Both the position numbers and the translations under genes were made by a program. This document shows positions 1-8,144 of a DNA stretch of 32,000 nt, piece by piece (position 1 is the stretch's first letter; every line of letters begins with the position of its first letter). The notes beneath the pieces are model-generated. The model had not been told where the DNA came from, made no database searches, and was given only the letters and a program-made list of their open reading frames with translations. The DNA comes from Demequinaceae bacterium (GTDB taxonomy: Bacteria > Actinomycetota > Actinomycetes > Actinomycetales > Demequinaceae), in assembly GCA_965250005.1 (NCBI GenBank), contig OZ252279.1:1560001-1592000 (forward strand). The letters run 5' to 3'.

Positions 1-355
1 CGGCAGTGCGGACGGCATCGAGCAATGTCTCAGGCGCTGCGGACTTGCGGATAAGTCCAAGTGCGCCCGAACGTGCGGCCTGTTGGATTAGCCGGCGATC
101 CTCCGCGCCGGTGTAAACGAGCACTTCCGCGCCGAGGGCGTGAATTGCCGCCACGTTCTCCTCGGGCGAGGACCCGTCGTTCAGGCGCAAATCGAGGACT
201 ACGAGGTCGAGTTTGTTTGCGAACGACGAGAGTTCCTCGACGGTCTCTGCCAATCTCGCCAAATCCAGGTCTGGCGCGGTGGCAATGAGGTCCTGAAACC
301 CGCGGGAGATCAGCGCGTGATCCTCTACCAGCGCGATCTTCTTGTGTTCGCCCAT
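1..355 (-). CDS. NarL/LuxR-family response regulator, receiver domain (partial; 3' end lies beyond the window start)
   Basis: Absent from the ORF track because it runs off the window. Own minus-strand translation from ATG 355..353: MGEHKKIALVEDHALISRGFQDLIATAPDLDLARLAETVEELSSFANKLDLVVLDLRLNDGSSPEENVAAIHALGAEVLVYTGAEDRRLIQQAARSGALGLIRKSAAPETLLDAVRTA. This is a CheY-like receiver with the VLDLRL phospho-acceptor context and a GALGxxxK motif. Confidence 0.8.
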   Translation of the reverse strand, partial: MGEHKKIALVEDHALISRGFQDLIATAPDLDLARLAETVEELSSFANKLDLVVLDLRLNDGSSPEENVAAIHALGAEVLVYTGAEDRRLIQQAARSGALGLIRKSAAPETLLDAVRTA

Positions 356-540
356 AGTCGTCCTCGATTCGTCCTTCTACACGCTACCGTTGGCGGTCGG
401 CAACCGCTCGGGTTTCGGCGCCCCTTTTTGTGGCGGTGGATGTGGGATTCGTCGCCGGTCGCCCCGCGGCGCGCGATATGTTCGCTTGGCGCTAGCCTGG
501 TGCCAAGGACTCTTCCCGACTAACTGCCCCGGAGATGCTC

Positions 541-987
541 ATGCGATTGCCCAAGCCCCTTGGTGGCGTGGTTGCCGGCGCGCTCGCCCTCGCTAGTTGC
601 GCGCCCCCACCCTCGGTGGACTTGCTGGTACCAGGTGACTGCTTTGACTACTCGGAACTCACCGAGGGGATCGTCGGGATTCCTCCCGTCGACTGTTCAG
701 TCCCGCACGAAGCCGAGGTCTACCTGATTTTTGACCTCGAGGGTGTCAGTGAGGCCGACTACCTTGACGAATACGACGAGGACGATATCAACAGGCTCTC
801 CCAGGACGCGTGCCTTGCCGCGTTCCCCGATTACGTCGGTATCGATTACTGGGAGTCTGAGTATTACTACCTGTGGTTGTCGCCCACGCCGGAGGGCTGG
901 GCGGAGGGAGAAAGGGAAGTAGTCTGCTTCCTCGTTCCCGAACTTGGAGTGATGCTTACGGAATCACTCCAAGGGGCAGCGGGCTAG
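541..987 (+). CDS. Secreted lipoprotein with a septum-formation-family-like 4-Cys domain
   Basis: ORF 535..987. ATG 541 is preferred (GGAG at 531-534, 6 nt spacing). Signal peptide with lipobox LASC. Motifs GDCF...VDCSVPHEAEVY and DACL...VVCFL match the pattern I recall for actinobacterial septum formation family proteins (PF13845); not searched. Confidence 0.65.
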   Translation: MRLPKPLGGVVAGALALASCAPPPSVDLLVPGDCFDYSELTEGIVGIPPVDCSVPHEAEVYLIFDLEGVSEADYLDEYDEDDINRLSQDACLAAFPDYVGIDYWESEYYYLWLSPTPEGWAEGEREVVCFLVPELGVMLTESLQGAAG

Positions 988-990
988 CGC

Positions 991-1602
991 CTAGTCCACG
1001 AACGTGACGGTGCCCGCAACAAATGAACCGACCATGCTGGCGTCGCGATAGACGACGCATACGCCTTCCATTTCACCGAAGTTCCACGAGCCCGCAGTAG
1101 GGACCCACGCAACCCAACGCACGCCGTTGTTCCAGTCGTTCGGCTGGAACATCGATTCGACGTCGAAGCCGGGCTGCACTACGCCGCCGCAGTACCCCAT
1201 GAGCTCAGTGGTGACTTGGTCCCGGCCCGGGAACGCGTCACCAGAGAATGAGTAGGACGCTACGACCTCGGCACGATGAGGCACGGAACACGGTAGGGCG
1301 TTGACCTGCGCAACGGAACCGTCTCCCGGAATGTTCTCGAGACACATTCCTGGGTCTGCCTGGATAGCGTTGATCAGCTCGCCGTTAGCGTCGGTAATGG
1401 TGAGGGTTGCCGTTCCCGTGGACCGGCCCCAACTGACTCCGACCACCCCGACGAGCATTAGCAGCAGGCTAACGGCACCGAGAGCGATCCAAACCTTGGA
1501 GTACGACGTGCGGGGCGGTGCGTCTGGCTGCCGTCCCGGAGCCCGGTAGGGCTCGGGATAGACGCTCTCGCGCGAAGGTGGGCTCTGGCCGTCGAAACTC
1601 AT
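991..1602 (-). CDS. Membrane-anchored septum-formation-family-like protein (Pro-rich N-terminus, one TM helix)
   Basis: 203-aa ORF. TM segment VWIALGAVSLLLMLVGVVGV. MCLENIPG...LPCSVPHRAEVVASY...YCGG...GVCVVY is the same 4-Cys / PH-x-AEV pattern as the convergent neighbour. Start ATG 1602..1600 overlaps the xthA stop (ATGA), implying translational coupling. Confidence 0.65.
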   Translation of the reverse strand: MSFDGQSPPSRESVYPEPYRAPGRQPDAPPRTSYSKVWIALGAVSLLLMLVGVVGVSWGRSTGTATLTITDANGELINAIQADPGMCLENIPGDGSVAQVNALPCSVPHRAEVVASYSFSGDAFPGRDQVTTELMGYCGGVVQPGFDVESMFQPNDWNNGVRWVAWVPTAGSWNFGEMEGVCVVYRDASMVGSFVAGTVTFVD

Positions 1603-2414
1603 GTCTCCACGGTACCGGTGCCGTCAGCGATGTCCACCACGACAGGTGCGTGATCCGAGGCGCCCTTTCCCTTTCGCTCGTCCCGGTCGATGGACGCCGC
1701 GATCGCACGGGGGGATAGAGCAGGGGAGGCGTACGCGAAATCGATACGCATCCCCTCTGCACGGGGAAAGCGGAGTTGCTTGTAGTCCCAGAACGTGTAC
1801 GTATGATCCTCGGGAAGGTAGCGGCGTGTGAGCTCCTCGAACCCCGCCTTCTCAAAGTCGTGGAACGCCGCGCGCGCCTCGGCGGTCACATGAGTCTGGG
1901 CTTCGGAGTCTTCAACGCTCCACATGTCCGCATCGCGCGGCGCCACATTCCAGTCGCCGACGAGCGCCACGGCCTCACCCGCGTCCGCCCACTCGCCAGC
2001 AGCCGCACGCAGGCGCCGAAGGAACTCCAGCTTGTAGGCGTAATGAGGGTCGGCTAGCCCGCGACCGTTGGGTACGTACAGGCTCCACACCCTCACCCCG
2101 CCGCAGGTCGCACCCATCGCGCGCGCCTCAATAACCTCTTCTTGGCCGGGCTTGCCGAATGACGGCTGGCCGGGAAAGTCGCGGACTACATGGTCCAAGC
2201 CCACTCGTGACGCGATCGCGACGCCGTTCCACTGATTGAGACCGTGGACCTCGACCTCGTAGCCAGCTAGTACGAACGGTTCGTACGGAAACTGATCTGG
2301 TTTGCACTTAATCTCCTGCATGGCCAGGACGTCGGTGTCACTCTTCTCGAGCCACGCGAGCACCCGCTCCTGGCGGGCGCGAATGGAGTTGACGTTCCAG
2401 GTGGCGAGGCGCAT
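1599..2414 (-). CDS. xthA: Exodeoxyribonuclease III (AP endonuclease)
   Basis: 271 aa. MRLATWNVNSIRARQERVLAWL...DVLAMQEIKC...SDHAPVVVD is the typical ExoIII/EEP fold signature. Confidence 0.9.
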   Translation of the reverse strand: MRLATWNVNSIRARQERVLAWLEKSDTDVLAMQEIKCKPDQFPYEPFVLAGYEVEVHGLNQWNGVAIASRVGLDHVVRDFPGQPSFGKPGQEEVIEARAMGATCGGVRVWSLYVPNGRGLADPHYAYKLEFLRRLRAAAGEWADAGEAVALVGDWNVAPRDADMWSVEDSEAQTHVTAEARAAFHDFEKAGFEELTRRYLPEDHTYTFWDYKQLRFPRAEGMRIDFAYASPALSPRAIAASIDRDERKGKGASDHAPVVVDIADGTGTVET

Positions 2415-2451
2415 TCCCCCACGCTACCCGCGGTGGTCGTAGCCTGGGTTC
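2415..2451. promoter_or_regulatory. 37-bp divergent intergenic region with two back-to-back -10 hexamers (leaderless xthA and SDR)
   Basis: Plus strand: TAGCCT 2440-2445, then 6 nt, then ATG 2452. Minus strand: TAGCGT (complement of 2421-2426), then 6 nt, then ATG 2414..2412. Confidence 0.5.
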
Positions 2452-3201
2452 ATGGCAACAGCACTGGTAACCGGAGCGAGCTCTGGCCTTGGGGCGGAAT
2501 TTGCTTGGCAACTTGGCAAGGCGGGTCACGACGTCGTTCTCGTCGCGCGCAATCACGCTCGGCTGGGAGAGGTGGCGGAAGAGGTGCGCAACGGCGCCGG
2601 CGTTCAGGCGGAAATCCTGGTGGCAGACCTCAGCGTTCGCAAAGATCTGGACGCCGTCGCCGCCCGACTTCGGGACGACAAGCGCCCCGTCGGGTTGTTG
2701 GTGAATAACGCCGGCTTTGGATTGGGTGAACCATTCGTCACCTCCGAGATTGCGCTGCAGGAAAACGCGCTCGATGTCATGGTCAAGGCAGTCATGGTGC
2801 TGTCCCACGCGGCCGCCGGCGCGATGGTCGCGCGGGGTCGAGGCGCCGTCCTCAACGTCTCGTCGATAGCATCGAGCATCGCGAGGGGGCCGTATTCGGC
2901 GCACAAGGCGTGGGTGGTGACCTTCACCGAAGCCCTTTCCACGGAACTCAAGGGGACCGGGGTCACGGCGACGGTCACTCGACCAGGGCTGGTGCGGACG
3001 GAATTCCAGGAGCGCGCGGGAATGGACCTATCTGCTCTTCCTGCGGCGGTGTGGATCGAAGCTGAGTCGGTTGTCGCCGCCTCGCTCGCGGCGGTTAGGC
3101 GCGGCCAGGTGGTGGTCACCCCGAGCGCGCGTTACGCCGTAGGTTCGAGCCTCGCAAAGGCCATTCCGCGTTCCCTGCTCCGCCGCATCACGTCCCGATA
3201 G
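2452..3201 (+). CDS. Short-chain dehydrogenase/reductase (SDR) family oxidoreductase
   Basis: 249 aa. N-terminal TGASSGLG Rossmann motif, NNAG, and a YSAHK catalytic Tyr-x3-Lys. Confidence 0.85.
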   Translation: MATALVTGASSGLGAEFAWQLGKAGHDVVLVARNHARLGEVAEEVRNGAGVQAEILVADLSVRKDLDAVAARLRDDKRPVGLLVNNAGFGLGEPFVTSEIALQENALDVMVKAVMVLSHAAAGAMVARGRGAVLNVSSIASSIARGPYSAHKAWVVTFTEALSTELKGTGVTATVTRPGLVRTEFQERAGMDLSALPAAVWIEAESVVAASLAAVRRGQVVVTPSARYAVGSSLAKAIPRSLLRRITSR

Positions 3202-3210
3202 GGTAGGCGC

Positions 3211-3777
3211 ATGACCGTCACCACCCCGCGTGAGCAGTTGCGTGATCTCATCAAGAAACGTGCCGTTGTGCATGGCCGCATCACGCTGTCGTCGGGCGAT
3301 CAAGCGGACTACTATGTTGATTTGCGGCGGATTACCCTCCACCACCGGGCAGGCCCGCTCGTGGGGCACGTCATGCTCGATGCGCTCGAAGAGGCGGGAT
3401 ACGGCCCGGCGGACGTGGATGCGATCGGTGGCTTGACCCTCGGCGCCGATCCTGTCGCAACCGCCGTGATGCATGCGGCTGCGTCACGCGGTCTCGATAT
3501 CGACGCATTCGTGGTGCGTAAAGAGGCCAAGGCTCATGGTTTGCAACGTCGTATCGAAGGCCCAGATGTCGAAGGCCGGCGCGTCGTCGCAGTAGAGGAC
3601 ACTTCGACAACGGGCGGCTCCGTCATGACCGCGGTCGACGCCTTGCGCGAGGCGGGTGCGAACGTGGTTGCCGTTGCGCAAATCGTGGATCGCGACACCG
3701 GTGCTCGGGAGAAGATCGAAGCCGCCGGCCTGCCCTACTTGTACCTGTTCGGGCTCGCGGATTTGGGACTCGAGTAG
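3211..3777 (+). CDS. pyrE: Orotate phosphoribosyltransferase
   Basis: 188 aa. ITLSSGDQADYYVDLR and the PRPP-binding loop VVAVEDTSTTGGS. Confidence 0.9.
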   Translation: MTVTTPREQLRDLIKKRAVVHGRITLSSGDQADYYVDLRRITLHHRAGPLVGHVMLDALEEAGYGPADVDAIGGLTLGADPVATAVMHAAASRGLDIDAFVVRKEAKAHGLQRRIEGPDVEGRRVVAVEDTSTTGGSVMTAVDALREAGANVVAVAQIVDRDTGAREKIEAAGLPYLYLFGLADLGLE

Positions 3778-3779
3778 CC

Positions 3780-4799
3780 ATGCACGTATTCAGTGCGCGA
3801 AACGTCATGGGCAGTGTCGTGGCCGTGTTTGGCGGGCTCGCGTGGTTTGCCTTCGAGTTCGACCTCTTCAGTTTCTTCGGCTTGTGGCCGTACATCATCA
3901 TTGGGGTGGGCCTCCTCGCGTTCGTCTCATGGTGGGGGTACGACGCTTACCGAGCCCGCAAACACCAGGTAGCAATGCGGGATTTCGCCCTGATGCACGG
4001 GTGGACCTACCAGAAGCGAAGTTCGGTCTGGGCCCGCAAGATGCGATCTTTTCCGTTTGGCCAGGGCACGCACCGGCGTGATCTTGCGGTATTGAGCGGC
4101 ACCTTTAACAAGATGCCATGTGCGACATTCGTTCACGAGTACGAAACGCGGACGGACGAACGTAAGTCGGCCACGCAAGTGTGGCAGGTCACCGCGATTT
4201 CGCTTCCTTTCCCACTCGCGACCGTTGACATCATTCCCGACGACATGGTTGCGAAGGTGGCCAAGTTGCTCGGCGGTCAAGACATTGACTTTGAGTCCGC
4301 GGAGTTCAACGCAAAGTGGCGAGTCAAGGCCGGAAACTCCAAGTACGCCCATGACATCGTGCACCCGCGAATGATGGAGCGCCTCAACAAGTACGACGCG
4401 CGGGGGCTGGCAATCCGGGTCGAGGGCGACGTCGTCCTCGCGTGGCAGGCGGGGCGTCAGCCGAACGACTCGCTCGCGCGCCGGCTGGGAGTGTTGACCT
4501 CGGTCGCGCGGCTCATACCTGAGTTCGTCTATCGTGAGTTCGCAGCGATTCACGTCCGGGCCGACGAGCGAATCTCCGAGGCGGAGTCAGATGCGCCAGA
4601 GTGGGCCCGCAGCACCACGGCGCTGGTTGACGGCAAGTACAACGCGGAGCTCGCTGATCCCAAGTATGACAAGAAGCTTGAGCCGCGAAACACGGCCGCC
4701 AAGCTGGATAAAGGATCTATGGTGAGCCTATTTCCCGAGGGGTTCTTTACGGGCGGCGTCGACGGCCTTGGCGGCATCGCCTCCGGCTGGGATAACTAG
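3780..4799 (+). CDS. LemA-associated membrane-anchored protein of unknown function, paralog 1 (possibly DUF3137-like)
   Basis: 339 aa, two N-terminal TM helices. Motifs HGWTY, FPFGQG, FNAKWRV, LAWQAG and IPEFVYRE are shared colinearly with ORFs 4968..5726 and 6393..7394. Starts 2 nt after the pyrE stop (an alternative ATG is at 3807). Confidence 0.7.
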   Translation: MHVFSARNVMGSVVAVFGGLAWFAFEFDLFSFFGLWPYIIIGVGLLAFVSWWGYDAYRARKHQVAMRDFALMHGWTYQKRSSVWARKMRSFPFGQGTHRRDLAVLSGTFNKMPCATFVHEYETRTDERKSATQVWQVTAISLPFPLATVDIIPDDMVAKVAKLLGGQDIDFESAEFNAKWRVKAGNSKYAHDIVHPRMMERLNKYDARGLAIRVEGDVVLAWQAGRQPNDSLARRLGVLTSVARLIPEFVYREFAAIHVRADERISEAESDAPEWARSTTALVDGKYNAELADPKYDKKLEPRNTAAKLDKGSMVSLFPEGFFTGGVDGLGGIASGWDN

Positions 4800-4967
4800 G
4801 GCCCGAGGACCATGAACCGCTTGCCTCTGAAGATCGTCACGTCGGTCCAGTCCATTGCACTCGTTCTCGACGCCTTCGCGCACAGGGTGAACGTTCCTGC
4901 GGGTGCGGCCCGGCTCAATCCCCATCACCTGTGGCGCCAATACGGCGCAGTGAGCAGGTAGCCGCAC

Positions 4968-5726
4968 ATGCGATTTCGAGTGAGCGGAATCAACGTTGCG
5001 TTGGCCGTTCTGACGGCTGCGGCGGGGATTGGCGTACTGGTGTTTTTTCCGGACGCCCCGAACGTCATGAAGGGATTGGCCATTGTCGGCGTCGCTGCCA
5101 TTGCGCTGGCGATCGCCCTCACTGTTCGGTACGCCCTTACGCGCGACTTCCAGCGCCTAGCCATGTGGGCTGGACTACGTGGCTGGACGTTCTCAGGTAG
5201 CGATGCAAGTCTTCGCGAACGCTTTCACGTGTACCCATTCGGGTCGGGGATTGGTGGCCGCGTAGATAACGTGTTGCGCGGCACGTATCGGTTCCATGAA
5301 TGTGTGACCTTCACCTACTCGACCGCCAAGCCCGCGCCGCAGTTCTACCAGGTGACCCTTGTCGAGCTCGATGCGGACATCCCCGCCTTCGAACTTCTGC
5401 CCGAAGACGCGATCGCTGCTGCCGCAAAGCTCGTGGGCGGACAGGACCTCAAGGTTGGAGACAAGACCTTTGACGACCGATGGCGGATCAGTGCGATGGA
5501 CCCAGACTTCGTCATGAAGATTCTGAACTCGCGGCTGCGGCATCGTCTCGATCGAAAGGACATCCACGGCATGCCCATCGCGGGAGACGGGCGCGCGATC
5601 CTCACCTGGCAGGCGGGACCAGCTGGGGTGCGACGGATGAGTCATCGACTCGACGTCCTGATCGCGGTTGCCGAAGCTATCCCTGACGAACTGTGGAAGG
5701 TTGTCGCTGCGCCGCGACGGTTCTGA
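4968..5726 (+). CDS. LemA-associated membrane-anchored protein of unknown function, paralog 2
   Basis: 252 aa, two N-terminal TM helices. Motifs RGWTF, YPFGSG, FDDRWRI, LTWQAG, IPDELWKV. Confidence 0.7.
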   Translation: MRFRVSGINVALAVLTAAAGIGVLVFFPDAPNVMKGLAIVGVAAIALAIALTVRYALTRDFQRLAMWAGLRGWTFSGSDASLRERFHVYPFGSGIGGRVDNVLRGTYRFHECVTFTYSTAKPAPQFYQVTLVELDADIPAFELLPEDAIAAAAKLVGGQDLKVGDKTFDDRWRISAMDPDFVMKILNSRLRHRLDRKDIHGMPIAGDGRAILTWQAGPAGVRRMSHRLDVLIAVAEAIPDELWKVVAAPRRF

Positions 5727-5801
5727 TCCGCGGTTGTAGTGGGCAAAATGCGCGAGTCCCGATAGCATCGGACCAGAAACCATCTCGAAGGAGTCTCAAC
5801 C

Positions 5802-6365
5802 ATGGATCCATTGACACTCGGCATCATTGCGTTCGTCGTGATCGCAGCCCTATGGGCGGTAGGCCAGTACAACGGCCTGGTTAAGCTCCGCAACCTGGTC
5901 CAGGAAGCATGGCGCCAGATCGACGTCGAACTCCAGCGACGCCACGACCTGATCCCCAACCTTGTCGAGACCGTCAAGGCATACGCCAAGCACGAGAAGT
6001 CCACGTTCGAGGCAGTGACCAAGGCACGGACCATGGCCGCCAAGCCTGGCTCCGGCCCCGCCGAGCAGGCTGGTCAAGAGAACATGCTTACCCAGGCACT
6101 CGGGAAGCTGTTCGCTGTAGCCGAGGATTACCCTGAGCTCAAGGCCGACAAGAACTTTCAACAGTTGCAGGCGGAGCTCACCAATACGGAAGACCGCATC
6201 GCCGCTGGCCGTCGCTTCTACAACGCGAACGTGCGCAGCATGAACACTAAGGTCGAGACCTTTCCGACGAACATCATCGCCAACATGTTTGGTTTCAAGC
6301 GCGAAGAGTACTTCGAGACCGAAGACCCGGCCGTCCGCAGCGTTCCCGACGTTTCGTTCGAGTAA
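5802..6365 (+). CDS. lemA: LemA family membrane protein
   Basis: 187 aa. N-terminal TM helix, then YNGLVKLRNLVQEAWRQIDVELQRRHDLIPNLVETVKAYAKHEK...RRFYNANV, the canonical LemA signature. AAGGAG lies 8 nt upstream of the ATG. Confidence 0.9.
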   Translation: MDPLTLGIIAFVVIAALWAVGQYNGLVKLRNLVQEAWRQIDVELQRRHDLIPNLVETVKAYAKHEKSTFEAVTKARTMAAKPGSGPAEQAGQENMLTQALGKLFAVAEDYPELKADKNFQQLQAELTNTEDRIAAGRRFYNANVRSMNTKVETFPTNIIANMFGFKREEYFETEDPAVRSVPDVSFE

Positions 6366-6392
6366 CTGCTCCGGTCCGAGAGGTCCGCAACA

Positions 6393-7394
6393 ATGACTGC
6401 CGGAACTGTCTTCCTGCTCGGGTTCGCGGGTTTTGCGGCGTTGCTCGTATGGCTGGGCGTGAAGTCTTCGAAGGCTTCGAAGGCGCGTCGCGCGACGAAC
6501 GAGAAAGTCCTCAAGGAACGTGGCTGGTCCCTGATTCCCACGGCTCCCGACCTGATCGACGAGGGCAACGCCCACCCGTTCCGCCAGGGCCGAGAGCGAA
6601 ATGCTACCAACGCCATTCGAAGCGGGCACCGCAAGTTCCCGTTCGTCTCATTTGAGTACGCATATGTTGCGGAGAGCAAGGACGACGACGGCAAGGTCCA
6701 CCGCAGCCATGGCAAGTACAACGTCACCTCGATCGAGCTCAAGGGCGCGATCGACCAGATCAAGTTCATGCCTGAGGGCATGTGGGACGGCAAATGGGAC
6801 CTCGATATGGAGTCCGACGACTTCAACAAGAAGTGGAAGGTCCTAGCGAAGGAGAAGCGGCTCGCGCACGCTATCCTCGCGCCCACAGTTATTGCGCTGA
6901 TGGTCGATCCCAAAACGCCCAAGATGCCAATCATCTTTGAGCCTGGACGCTTATGGACCTACCGCTCAGGTAGCCACGACCTGGGCAAACTTGATCGTGC
7001 GCTCGAAACTCTTGTGGGCATCGCAGAGCACATTCCGGCGTTCGTCTACAAGGAGGCCCGCAAGGGCTCCAAACTCGCGAAGTACGTCGAGCCTGCGGCC
7101 CTCGTGGACGATCCGCAGGCCGTCGTTCCGCCGGTCGCTCCGGTGCGCAAACCTGGCAGGGGCGTCGGTGGAACAAACCGGCGATCGGGCGGCGCATCTA
7201 CCGCCGCCGGGAAATCGAGCCGAAGCGTGGGCGGCACCAATCGATCGTTGTCGAACAAGAAGTCGTCCGCCAAACCTAAGGCGGCGTCGAAGGCCAAGCC
7301 GAGCGGCCGCGCTAGGGGCGGCTCGGGCCGGCCAGTTGCACCTAAGTCTGCTGCGCGCAGGTCACGCGGCGGGGCTGCGCCACCCAAGAAGTAG
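6393..7394 (+). CDS. LemA-associated membrane-anchored protein, paralog 3, with a Lys/Arg-rich low-complexity C-terminal tail
   Basis: 333 aa, one N-terminal TM helix. Motifs RGWSL, HPFRQG, FNKKWKV, LWTYRSG, IPAFVYKE. The last 83 residues hold 23 Lys/Arg and no Asp/Glu. Confidence 0.7.
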   Translation: MTAGTVFLLGFAGFAALLVWLGVKSSKASKARRATNEKVLKERGWSLIPTAPDLIDEGNAHPFRQGRERNATNAIRSGHRKFPFVSFEYAYVAESKDDDGKVHRSHGKYNVTSIELKGAIDQIKFMPEGMWDGKWDLDMESDDFNKKWKVLAKEKRLAHAILAPTVIALMVDPKTPKMPIIFEPGRLWTYRSGSHDLGKLDRALETLVGIAEHIPAFVYKEARKGSKLAKYVEPAALVDDPQAVVPPVAPVRKPGRGVGGTNRRSGGASTAAGKSSRSVGGTNRSLSNKKSSAKPKAASKAKPSGRARGGSGRPVAPKSAARRSRGGAAPPKK

Positions 7395-7403
7395 GCGGAT
7401 TGC

Positions 7404-8048
7404 CTAGGCATTGGTGGCCTGAAGGCGGTGGCGGATGAACTCGATGATGATGGGAAGTAGCGACACACCTATGACCGTGAAAACTGCGAGCTGGTAGTTG
7501 TCCTTGATGGCCTGAACATTGCCGAGCGAATAGCCGATGAGTGTGACTCCTACGCCCCACACGGCTGCGCCGATCGCATTGAACAGAGTGAAGCGCGGCC
7601 AGGGCATCTTTCCGACGCCAGCCGCGACCGGGATGTACGTGCGCACGAACGGCACGAACTGGCCCATGACGATGGCCCGCCCACCATATTTGTCGAAAAA
7701 TGCGTGGGTCTTGTCGATGTATGCCTTCTTGAAGAAACGCGAGTCTGGACGCTGGAAGATCTGCGGACCGACGATGCGACCTAGCCAATAGCCGATTTGC
7801 GGTCCGAGCAGTGCTGCAAGCCCGGTCACCGTGACAACAACACCGATTGAATAGGGAATGTCGCCGGTCGCGGTGAACACGCCAGCGGTGAAGAGTAGCG
7901 AGTCGCCTGGCAGGAACGGGAATAGCAGTCCGGTCTCGATGATGATGACGGCTGAGATTCCCCATAGGGCCCACGACCCGAACCAGGAGATGAGGTTTTC
8001 TGGGTCGAGCCACGACGGCCCGAACGCGGGAAGGGTGCTGTTGATCAT
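7404..8048 (-). CDS. dedA: DedA family (VTT domain) membrane protein
   Basis: 214 aa, multi-TM. ETGLLFPFLPGDSLLFTAG is the DedA motif. TAGGCT (complement of 8055-8060) lies 6 nt upstream of ATG 8048. Confidence 0.85.
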   Translation of the reverse strand: MINSTLPAFGPSWLDPENLISWFGSWALWGISAVIIIETGLLFPFLPGDSLLFTAGVFTATGDIPYSIGVVVTVTGLAALLGPQIGYWLGRIVGPQIFQRPDSRFFKKAYIDKTHAFFDKYGGRAIVMGQFVPFVRTYIPVAAGVGKMPWPRFTLFNAIGAAVWGVGVTLIGYSLGNVQAIKDNYQLAVFTVIGVSLLPIIIEFIRHRLQATNA

Positions 8049-8144
8049 CGAGCCAGCCTAGGGCCTGTCTTGGCAGTTGTGCGCATTGTGGTCCGATCGG
8101 CCAGGCAGGTGAGAGTGAACGGCAGGCGGCGATACGATCACGGT

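Noticed and set aside
4812-4961. 49-codon ORF in the gap between LemA-associated paralogs 1 and 2
   Set aside because: The SD-like GAGGA is only 2 nt from the ATG. There is no -10 pattern and no recognisable motifs. The evidence is too weak to call.
5850-6934. 259-aa and 238-aa minus-strand ORFs antisense to lemA and paralog 3
   Set aside because: These are shadow ORFs. The sense-strand proteins have recognisable motifs and TM helices; these have none.
7392-7406. Hairpin TAGGC-GGATT-GCCTA containing the stop codons of both convergent genes (paralog 3 and dedA)
   Set aside because: The stem is only 5 bp, too weak to argue for a terminator. It is probably coincidental.
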